The notes under the pieces are model-generated. The model was not told where the DNA came from and made no database searches. It saw only the letters and a program-made list of their open reading frames with translations. The position numbers and the translations under genes were made by a program. A DNA stretch of 64,000 nt, taken from NCBI GenBank assembly GCA_964658305.1, contig OZ210885.1, forward strand, positions 11,408,001 through 11,472,000, written 5' to 3'. This document shows positions 52,975 through 64,000 of this stretch, piece by piece (the first letter of the stretch is position 1; each line of letters opens with the position of its first letter). The stretch is from Leptogorgia sarmentosa (lineage: Eukaryota).

Positions 52975-55370
52975 ATGTCGTTGAAAACGAAAACTTTCGA
53001 GTCTTGAAAAGAAAACAATGAATTTCTAAGAATAGATTATACTAAGACTACTTTGACGTGTGATGTTTGTGTCAAATGGAAGTCAAAACTATCTGCATCA
53101 AATGCGTTTATTACTGGATCAAAAAAATTGAAATCTTCTGCTGTTAATGAACATGCTAAGAGCAAGTTGCATAAACATGCTCTACAATTAGAAGAAGAAG
53201 AACAAGCGAGGGCGGAGAATAGGAGAGCTCGTGTAGTTCAAGAAAACCACCAAGTGACTCTGGTATCCTCCAAGCAATCAACAATATGGCTCGGTTAAGC
53301 GAAGACGAAAAATGTGCGCTCAAGAAAATCTTTGATATTGCATATTTAATTGCTTTCAAGGCACGCCCATATTCTGATTTCACTGAGTTGAAGAGCTTGA
53401 AAAGTTGCATGGAGTTGAGTTTCTTCAGTCATGTGCATACGAGAATGATATAGCGTGCAAACTTTTTATTCACTGCGCTTCAAAGTCCCTCTACGAGAAA
53501 GAGTTAAAGAACAAAATTAAGAGAGCAAGTTGACAAATTCACCAGCTCCTACATCATCCAATACCTCAAAGTCATCTAAAGTGTCGATTGAAGAAAGAAA
53601 TGCACCTATTGCATCAAGAAAATCTGCCTTTGTGCCAGTGCATGAGAATACAGAGGCTGTGCTACCAATAATTTCTGAGAAAGAACCTGTGGAAGACATA
53701 TTTTTTGATGTCATATAAAGACATTATTCAACACAAAACTTGACCCAGACGACTTCAAACCACATCTTGCTTTCCTTGGCTTGAAATCAGTCGTGTCCCA
53801 AGATGCTGAAGGCATTACAGATGCTATCACGCGTGCATTTCAAGATTGTGATATCCGGGAGAAGTTGCAAAACATTGCGTTTTTTTAATCCGATGAAACA
53901 GCGGTAAATTCCGGGGTTCGAGCAGGAGTCATTCGTCAACTGCAACATAAATACGGTGAACACATAAAATTTTTCTGGTGTTTATCTCATCGCCTCGAAT
54001 TGGCAATTAAAGATGCCCTCAAAAATGACATGGAAGAAATCGATACCGCAATGCGTGATCTGTTCTACACCTACCAAAATTCTGGTAAACGATTGAGAGA
54101 ACTGCGTGCGCTACACGAAATATTGAAAGATGTCTATGAATTCGAAAATGAAGAAGTAAAGCCAACTAAATCAACTGGAACTCGTTGGATAGATCACAAA
54201 CTGCGTGCAATGAGACTCTTTACTGACAAAAGAGGGCTTTATTTATCACACATTCAAAATGTCATTGCGGACACAACGAAGAAAAATGATAAGGCTAAGC
54301 TCGAAGGAATTAGAAGACGAATTGCGCACGGTTCAGTGCTACTAAAATGTGCCATGTACGTGGATTTTCTTGAGCCTGCTCGACAGTTATCCCTGACAAC
54401 ACAAAAGAAGGAAAAAATCAACATCATAAAGCAAGTAGAAGCTGTTGACCGTACAATAAAGAAATACAAGATAATGCTAGCCAAAGTAGACGAAGATCCA
54501 GCTGCAGCAGCAAGTTCGCTTCCAACAGTGAAATATGTCCTATCTGTGATAGAAGAAAGGCCTGACGAATCCAGCCTATACCAGGGTGTAAAAGTTACAA
54601 ACTTATCCCAAGGTAGAACATCTCTGGGTCGTGTGATAAAAGATAATGTGGGAACTATCTATCAATCCCTTGCGAAGCGTTATGGTAGTCTTGTTGATAA
54701 TTCAGACGACGGGACTGAATCTTGCAAAGAAACAAGAGAAGGTGATGAAATTGCCCATTCAGCTGCAAAGATCTTAAATTCTAAGGTATGGATGCCCATG
54801 AAGGAGCCAAGACTTAGTGCTGAAAGTCTCAAGATCCAGTTGGAAGATCTTTAACAATTTTGCGTCCATTCCTCCTGGCCACGTATGAAGAACCTCAAAC
54901 GAGATGGGGCCAAGGACCTATTTCTACTCATTGAACTATGCTTAACCTGTCCATATGGAAATTCAGTGTGTGAATCGTTTATTTCATACTTGCGTGTGGC
55001 GAAAACGGACTGGCGTAATAGGCTAAATGAATCAAATCTGACTGATTTGTTGCGCATCAAAGTGACTGGTCCCAATCTTAAAGAGTTCAATGAAGAATTC
55101 TGTGATGCAGCAATTATCCTCTGGAATGATGCAAAGAGAAGAAGATCCAACCAGACAAGGAGAAAGGCTTACAAGGAAAGAAGCAAGAGAGGCAAACGAA
55201 CGAGAGCAATGGAGAGAAATAAATATCTGAAAGACTGGCTGGTTGATATTGGTGTGGATGAAGCGTCCTCAACAGAGAGTGAATCTGACAACACTGATTG
55301 TGAACCAAATAATGAAGATCCTGTCATCATGCTTGAAGATTCAGAACAAGAGACAATATATAGTGTTATA
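52975..55370 (+). pseudogene. Decayed hAT transposase (ZNF862-like)
   Basis: CDVC..EHAKSKLH finger, AVNSG, WCLSHRLELAIKDA, GTRWIDH, NSVCESFISYL..KTDWRNRL; several stops and frameshifts; 3' end abuts a LINE. Confidence 0.85.
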
Positions 55371-55374
55371 TATA

Positions 55375-57135
55375 TATGGATAGTGAAGTACATATGGATA
55401 GTGAAGTACATATTCCTGGATATGAAATAATACGTCGGGATCGATGTATCAATGGTAGACATGGTGGAGGGGTTTGTTTTTATGTTCGCTCAACAATCAA
55501 TTCCTTACCACGACCCGATCTTTCCTGTCAGGAAATCGAAAATTTGTGCATTGAAATACGCAAACCGAATTCAAAGCCTTTTCTTATTACAACATGGTAT
55601 AGACCGCCTAACTCTGTTGTTGACAAATTTAACTATTTTGAAACTCTATTAGGTAAACTAGATGCGGAACAAGTTGAATAATATGTAATGGGTGATCTGA
55701 ACTGTAATTTAGGCTCACCCACTCTAGATCATAATTCAACCTCATTGAATAATATTACAAATCTTTATAATTTACATCAGTTGATAAACGAACCGACACG
55801 TATTACTGAGTCGTCTTCTATTATTCACTAACATGCCTGATAAAATAGTTTGCTCTGGTGTCTCTCATATCGGCATTAGCGATCATAGCTTAGTTTATGC
55901 CTTTCGCAAACTTTCTACTGGTTATCCCGTAAAGGTCATTCTACTGTGACTTACAGAAATTTTAAAAATTTTAATTCCTCAAGTTTTAGAAATGACAAAT
56001 GACATGATGAAATAATGGTTCTTTGATTACTGATCCAAATGAACTGTCTAATGAGTTCAACGAACACTTTGTAACTATTGGTCCAAAACTAGCGAATACA
56101 ATAGCTTACAATGATAACAACCGTTCATATATGGATTATTTAAATCCAGTTGATGATGGACTTAACTTTCAAATGAAGACAACTACATCATCTAAACTTT
56201 TCTCTATGCTTTCAAAATTAAGTAAATCCAAAGCAACCGGTTTAGATAAAATATCTGCTAGGTTGCTACGTGAATGTCCTGATTTAATTGCCAATTCACT
56301 TTGTGTAATATACAACTGTTCAATCAACGTTAACACGGGTATTTTCCCTGATGAATGGAAAAGCTCGAAAGTAATACCGTTGTTCAAGCAAGGCAAACGA
56401 AATCAACTTGATAATTATCGACCTATTTCAATTATTCCAGTTGTCGCAAAGATTTTCGTAAGAATAGTCTACGATCAGGTCAAACTTTTCATCGACGAAA
56501 ATAAACTGCTTTTTAAAAATCAATCAGGCTTTCGTGGTCTCCACTCTACTGTCACACTGTCACAGCTCTCCTTGAGGCAACTAACGACTGGGCGTACAAT
56601 ATCGATTGCGGCAATGTCAATGCTGTAGTGTTTCTAGACCTCAAGAAAGCTTTTGACACGGTTGACCACGAAATACTGTTAACAAAATTAAATGCTTATG
56701 GCGTTCGACATATGGCAAGTAATTGGTTTAAGTCTTATTTAAGTGGCCGTACTCAAAAATGTCTCGTGAATGGTTTTCTATCTAAAAACAGCCCTATTCC
56801 CTGTGGGGTTCCACAGGGGACAATACTAGGGCCTCTTCTATTTTTACTTTACATCAATGATTTGCCAAACTGTCTTGAGCATTCTTACCCACGTATGTTT
56901 GCTGACGACACCCATTTGACGTTTTCTGGGGCAGATATTCGTGATATCGATCAGAGTCTGAATCAAGATCTTGAAAATGTTAGTGAGTGGCTCGCAGCAA
57001 ACAAATTGACACTTAATACATCTAAGACAGAATTTATGTTGATTAGATCTAGGCAAAGAATTAGGACATTCAACTCCTCGCCTAATTTGGTCATTAACGA
57101 AACTCCCATTAATAGGGTTAACCATGTTAAGTCCA
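55375..57135 (+). mobile_element. Decayed L2/CR1 LINE fragment (APE endonuclease plus RT, internally deleted)
   Basis: RRDR..GGGVCFY, WYRPPN, GDLNC, SDHSLVY, NYRPISII, KAFDTVDH, GVPQGTILGP, FADDT; multiple frameshifts. Confidence 0.9.
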
Positions 57136-57321
57136 CTGAGCTATACTTAATATATCTGGAGATCGGGCTCTCCACTTTGAAGTGTCGCCAAAAACATGGC
57201 GGATTTTACGTCACACGTCCCCTATTCTCATGATGGTAATTACTGACCACAGTTGAAGTGTGTGCAGGCGCCGTTTCCAACCCTCCCTGGATTTTACTGT
57301 ACGATTTTATATGTAAATATA

Positions 57322-58096
57322 CAGGGTGTATCAAAAAAAAGTTTACTGATGAAAAACGTTCTCTAAACAAACGAGCGCTCAAAATTTCCAAAAACTTTCG
57401 GTTAGCATGGGTAGTTTAACACCCTCTGGAATATCTAGCACTAAGTTTATTTTAAAAACAAACTTTTTCAGAATGCGAAATGTGGATACTAAAAGGCCCA
57501 TTTAAAAAAGGCTTGCGCGGAAAAAATAAGTTTTCTTCACACAATTTGATTTAATCGGATGAAAATATGGAGTATGATATACAAGCTATTCAAGTTTTGA
57601 GAAATTTGGTGCGCGCTGAGACGAACGTGCGATGTCCGAAAACTGGATTTTACGTTCTTTCCTGCGTGATTACCGATTAATTTATGCAAAATTGGATATT
57701 TGCATTAATTACCAATGCAAATTGCAAGCTAATTCCCAAAGGTCCACAATTACGCGAAGAAATTGCGCAAAATCCAGTTTTTGGACATCGCACGTTCGTG
57801 TCAGCGTGCACCAAATTTCTCAAAACTTGAATAGATTGTATGTCATACTCCAGATTTTCATCCGATTAAATCAAATTGTGTGAAAAAACCCTATTTTTTC
57901 CGCGCAAGCCGTTTTTAACCGGCCTTTCAGTGACCACATTTCCCATTCTTAAAAAGTTTGTTTTTAAATAAACTTAGTGCTAGATATACCAGAGGGTGTT
58001 AAACTACCCATGCTAATCGAAACTTTTTGGAAATTTTGAGCGCTTGTTAGTTTAGAGAAAGTTTTTCATCAGTAAACCTTTTTTTGATACACCCTG
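57322..58096. mobile_element. Tc1/mariner-type foldback MITE (775-bp near-complete palindrome)
   Basis: TA|CAGGGTGTATCAAAAAA...TTTTTGATACACCCTG|TA; the arms are complementary for more than 330 bp. Confidence 0.9.
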
Positions 58097-58507
58097 TATA
58101 CTGCATTGCTGTTTTGATATTTTTTCAAAGAATTGAGATGAAGTATTAAAATTCTCGTACATCTCAAAAATATATTGTTGTATTTGTCGATGTACGCGCC
58201 TATAAATACCGAACGCGATTGATTAAAGAGGACTTGACAAAGGAGTTGTGGCATCCGTAATTTATCTGAAAATTGCTGAAATTAAATGTAGTTCAGCAAA
58301 TAAGTGACCGACCGTCGCCAACTATGTGTGCAAAAACGCGGCATGTTGATAATCAACAAAATTCAACGAAATATTGTTTTGAATTTAAAACTCTGACGTG
58401 ATATTAGCTGGTATTTTAGTATTTTATTTTCAGACAAGGGGGTGAGAAAACTGTTCACTTTCGGCAATGTTATTTGGTCAGTGGTTAGTCCCCTGAAATA
58501 GGGGACT

Positions 58508-61500
58508 CAGTGGCGTAAATCTTCAGCAATGGGCCCCCGGTTAAAGTAGTGTGGAGGGCCCCTTAATTATACCTCGTCCCCAAAACGATCTTACCATGCT
58601 ATTAACACGAGGAACACCAATCCTATAAATATTTTGCTGAATTCTGCAAAATTGCGAGAATATATTATAGCTACTTAACATATCATCTACTACATCAATT
58701 ATACCCAGCACAGCAAAAAAAGCTCCGTTTAATATTGCTTAAAAAACAGCAACAATAACAACAAGCGTTAGACTTATAGTTCCTAACAATTAATATACTG
58801 ACAAGGTGCAAGCAAACACAATTTAAATTGCAACCAAAATGTTTCAACTAAATGTTAAATTTATTTGATCTGGCCTTTTTGTCTGCAAAGATATCAATCA
58901 TTTTGTCAATATCAAGCTTTTTTGCCTCTTCAACTTCAATAGAAATAATAGCAAGTGCGTTCAATCTTTCCTGTGCCATTGTGGATCTTAAATAGTTCTT
59001 TATAATTTTAAGTTTACTAAATGATCGCTCAGCAGTGGCAACAGTAACGGGCAGAGTAAGAAAAAGAACTATTGCTGATACCAACTTGGAATAAAAGCTG
59101 GTCATTTCGTTTTCGCAAAGATGCTTCAGTACGTCAGCTGCACTTCTTATTCTCTTGCCATCTTCCATTTCGACGAGATCTTCTTGAAAACATAGTCTGT
59201 AGGACAGAATTTCTTCACTAAGATCTGTGTAATAATCTTGTGTCTGATCAGATTTGGAACACATATCGAATTGATAAATTTCAACAAAATCTTTGGCTGC
59301 TTTATGAATTTCTTCCGATGTCATTTTCAATAAATTCTTCGGAGACAGAAAATTGAAAGTTTTGGCAACAAAATGCTGGCCTTTGAAACGTTCTTCGAGC
59401 TTTAAAGTAATAGTATCAATTATTGGAAAGAACAGTTCCACACGGAATTTTGTTTCTGCGTTAATGATAGGCTCGTCTGTGGCTTCCTCGTCAAAGAATC
59501 TGGGAACCCTTCTTTTCAACAAAAGTAACAGGAAATCCAAATTTAAGAGCTAGGATAGTGGCTTCTTTTAAAATCTTTCTCCATTGGCCTCTCATTTCTT
59601 TAATTGAATTTAGTGCCCTTCCTAATTCGGAGGATGATTTGCCAAGATCCATATCAAATGCTTGCAGATCTTTAGATGCAAGATTAATTGCCGTCAGTAT
59701 TTTTTCCCAGATGATAAGTGAAAGAAGAAACTCCAAAGTGTTTATTTTCTTGAGCAGATCACTAGCCTCAGACTTTTCTTTGCTTTCACGTCCTTTACTA
59801 TATTGCTTCAGAAGGTTGAGAATGTCAGATAGTCTGTTTTTTATTGCTCGTACACTTTCTATTCTAGATGACCATCTGGTAGTGCAAAGCTTTTTAAGAG
59901 ATAATGGGTTATCTTTATCTTCAACGTCAGCGCAGCCAAGCTTCCTAAAATCTGCGGATCTGTTGATGCTTCTGTTAAAAAAACTAAATGTTTCTGCGAG
60001 TACACCGAAAAAGCTGACACTTAAAACGTTGGACTCGACAGCATCATTCACCACTAAATTAAGATTATGACTTGCACAATGAACAAAAGGTGCAGGAGAT
60101 AAAACACCGTTCTGTTCCAAATGACGTGAGATGTAGACGTTAACGCCTCCTTTATCGCCTGACATGACACTTGCGCCGTCGTAGCCTTGGCCCCTTATCT
60201 TCAAAGGATCTACACCAAGTTGAACAAGGTAAGCAATGACCGTTTTTGATAATGCTTCAGCCGTCCCGCCATCCTTAGCTTCTAAAAAACCCAGAAAGGT
60301 TTCTTTTATCATTAGATTGTGCAGATCTACCCATCTTACAACAATTGATATTTGGTCAATGCGACAGATATCACTTGTGGTATCGACAATCACAGAATAC
60401 CACGGCACATCCTTGATTGCGTTCACCAAGCTATTCCTTGTAGCATCACTAAGCATGCGGACAATCTCATTTTGAATAGATGGAGACAAATACTTTGTAG
60501 CACCGGACGGTTTTTCAATTAGTTCCTTCAAGAATGGGTCGCCTAACTCAATTTGCATCTTAATCATACCGAGGAAATTGCCACCTTCACACTGGCCACA
60601 TCCAACAATTTCCCGATGGCCACGGTACGGTAAGCAAAGGGTAGCTAGTGTAAGGATAATAGTAATTATCCTTCTTAACACTTCCCTCCAAAAATTGGTC
60701 GCTTTAGCTATTCCATCTGCGCCAATCAAATGAATGCCCTTACCCTGCTTGCATCTAGAATTGAAATTGAAATAGAAACAGTTTTTTTTCTGAATATACG
60801 ATTGAAAGACAGGCATTAGAAATACACAAAGTCACTTTCTTTGAAATACCTCGCTTGGGCCTTCGCTGCTTCTTTATGAGCTTCGCTTTCTTCATGGGAT
60901 CTAATTTGTTGCTTAAGGTGCTTTACATCCGGAACAAAACCATCAATCCAAGGACATCTCATGTTCCTAGCCGCTTTATGACCAAATAACCAACATGAAT
61001 GACAATAAATGGTACCCTGGATATTTGAAAAGGCTAACCAGTCCCGTTTAATTTTAAAAAATTTCATCTTTCTAAATGAATTAAAAAAATAAGACAAATA
61101 AGCACAGTTATAGGTGAAACTATAATCAGATTGTGCTTGGGCGTTTCATACATTTTAAAAAAACAAAGACAAAGTACTGGAAAGCCGATTAACAAATTAA
61201 CAATATACAATAAGTAACGTAGCTTTCTGTAATTAGAACAGGCTTTACATAATAGTATACATTACAGTGTACCTATGATAATAAACAGTAGGATGAATTT
61301 CTTTGCCCTTTGCAGTCATTACTATGCCTTTTGGTTGACAACTTCCAAATTTGGATAGCATAGTAATAAGGTCACTTAATAATTCTTCCTTAAAATGTCC
61401 TCTGTCGGTGGGAAATTCTGCCATAGGATTAAAATCTTCAATATCAGAAGCGTTGCTTTCTGAAGTGACAAATGCTTGTGAAATACACGGGAAATAAATT

Positions 61501-62757
61501 TTGTTTATGCAATTATGAAACAGCCTGTTACAGCCATACGTATAGTCAGGGTACAATTGAGATTATTATGCACACCTTTATTAGTTGTCTGGTTGAGATC
61601 AGCATGTGGCAAACAAGAAAGAGAGTGTTCCGCTCTTGGATCGTCAACTTGTCCCACACTTTCATTCAGGTATTCTGCATTTGACTGAAAACCATCAGCC
61701 AAAGATCTTAAAGGGCCATCTGACATTGTTTCACTTGATGATATACGATTGGTAGAACATTCTGCATTAGAATGATTAGAAGTGAGAAAGATTATTTATA
61801 ACCATATTTAGTCGAGATAACCTTATACAAAAATCTTATATGTATGTGGGATGCTATAGGAAGTCCAGGGTGGAAGACCTTAAAATGGATATTTACTTTC
61901 CGTCTTCCATTCTCAGCTAAGTCAGTTTACCTTGTTCATCATCTAATAGAAGATCCAAATCGTTGGTAGAATCATGATCAGGTGCTGGGCGAACACACAG
62001 TAAAAAAATTGAAATTTTAGGGATTTTCTTTTGTTCCGCTCCGTTGCGTTGGGCCTGCAGTTTTCTCTTCTTTCTTTTTGCAGCTCCAGAGAGAGCAGCA
62101 GATGAAGACATGTTTCTAGGGCAAAACACAAAACGTCAAAACCTCTACCTTATTTCTCAAAAAAAGCGGAACACCTACTTCCTTATGTAATGTACTTTTT
62201 AGCCAGACGGCTAAAATAAACAGCCTTTCAAATTAAGAGCCAAAACATTTTCTATAAATTTTCTTCCTTAAAACAATCATACAGTTAGGTGTTTACTACA
62301 TTTTAGACGATATGTTATATTTGTCAATTTCAAATTTTAAAAACTAAGTCAAAATTTCAAAAAGATAAATAGTTCATACCTTTCATCCTTCGATTAGTTC
62401 GTAGGCAAGTTATAACACGAGGAAACACGAGGTGAGGTGCATTAAAATAATTGTAATATAAAATCATATCCATGAATCTTATAAACAATGCTTCCACTTT
62501 AGATTTTAAAAATTCCTTTCTTCGTCTATTTTGTATTCTTTCGCATAACGTCGACATTATAGTACAGACAATAGTAGCAATTGAACATTGGTGTTATATA
62601 GAGTTGTTTTGCAACCAAGACAAATCGTATTTTCGAACTCATGAAATACAATATTTGTATTATTTGAATTTGATATTAGCCAAGGGCCCCCCTAAGAAGT
62701 TTCTTCCCTAGGGCCCCCGGCTTCGGCCAGGTTGGGCCCTTAGTAGTTACGCCACTG
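58508..62757 (-). mobile_element. hAT transposon with ZMYM1-like transposase, full length but inactivated
   Basis: TIR CAGTGGCGTAA...TTACGCCACTG with subterminal GGGCCC motifs; no matching TSD. Confidence 0.85.
58848..62111 (-). pseudogene. Intron-containing hAT transposase (TTF finger, DUF4371-like region, hATC dimerisation domain)
   Basis: YCHSCWLF..HEESEAH, IVDTTSD, QGYDGASVMSG, HCASHNLNL, TRWSSR, ATAERSFSKLK; frameshift near 59505-59515. Confidence 0.85.
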
Positions 62758-64000
62758 ATATTTATTGAAATATGCAATACGAGACACGACTCAGAATGAT
62801 TTGCAACAATATTGTAGGTTTTAAAATTGCGAAGTTAACCTAACATAATTTTTACATATCGCTCCTATATATAATGCACTGATATAATGAGTGATTATTA
62901 GTGTGAAATTTCATAATATCCGCTGAAATATTCTCACTGTAATGATGTGAGATATCAGCTGATTCACCTACAAGTATCAGTTGCCTGTGTTCGTGTAAAT
63001 CATCGAAAGGTCGGATTTATAGATTCATAGATTTAGTATACACAGGGTTATAGTAAATGTACATAATGTTTCTGCCAGACCAGGTCTATGAACTTGAGCA
63101 GCATGCTATATTTTTACGGTTCCGAAGTTACCATCTCAAGAAGGAACGAAGTGGGTTGTGTGCTAAGACAGCCGCGAGTGTATTTAAGTTTAGAAAATTG
63201 GATTATATTTTATAGTGACGTTGGACGTTGGTTCGAATGATGAATTAAATTACTGAGAAATGCCTGTAAATTTGATAAATTAATATATGCACAACGCAGA
63301 CGTATATCAGTGTTTGAAAAGCTGCGATACATAAACGCGGAACTTTATGGACTTATGGAGGTCGAGGTAGGCTTAGGAAATGAGCAAGACTAGAAGATTT
63401 ACCACTTCTACTTATAAATGAATAACGTGATTGATAGAGACGACATTGAATGAGTGGTCATTTTCCATCCCTAAGTGAGCATTCATGTTGCCTTAAAGAC
63501 GTTTTATTCGCTTCATACAATTGAAAACATTTCGGTTGCTAGCTCGCTGTGTCAGTCTAGCACATTATAAACGCAATTCGTATCAAATATCATATTTCAT
63601 ATGTGTCGCGGCTTCAAAGAAATGTTTGCAATGCGAATTTTCCATAACAGCTAGGGCCTCTACATTTTGGACACCACTACATTTATTACAATCACCAAAA
63701 CATTTATTACATCGTTTTTCTGTTTTGCTTTATCTCACATCACTGAAAGGATCGTAGCTACAATAATATCAAACATACTTGACAAGTTGACCTTCAAAGC
63801 CATTGAGATTAGCTATTGTGCGCAAAGACGCGTTGAGACAGATATTTGCTAGATGTAATGTTTTAGCTTGCCACTCAAGTGATACTGCATGTAGTGAGGA
63901 TTTAACTTGAAAAATACGTTGATCAAGATCTGCGTATGAAATTTGTTTCACATTAAGTTAGGATGAGTAAACAAGAAAGTGGTTTCCATTTGACAAATAA

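Overview
AT-rich, intron-containing animal genomic DNA. The protein families and repeats suggest a cnidarian, possibly a coral or octocoral; this is inference. Three host-gene units are present. (1) A minus-strand HEPN-domain plus Apaf-1-type NB-ARC gene (about 1.5-8.9 kb). (2) A plus-strand single-pass receptor with at least 11 exons: lectin, SRCR, F5/8C, FN3 and RPTP-like stalk, ending in a short tyrosine-motif tail with no phosphatase domain (26.7-38.2 kb). (3) A decayed plus-strand NACHT gene followed by a Nal1-like trypsin protease (40.1-46.8 kb). Its first visible exon is a paralogue of an exon in gene 1 and is split by a LINE. The rest is a dense transposon landscape. The most notable element is an apparently intact 6.16-kb Mutator/MULE (about 125-bp TIRs, 9-bp TSD) nested in a 10-kb CACTG/EnSpm element. 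Its 7 hand-spliced exons join in frame into an approximately 1063-aa OTU protease-C2H2-SIM-transposase fusion. Also present: two hAT transposase relics, two L2/CR1 LINEs, a zinc-finger tyrosine-recombinase relic, several MITE families, a Penelope remnant with a decayed hammerhead, and a family of about 160-nt hairpin elements with covarying stems. All splice models are read by eye, and no database searches were run.
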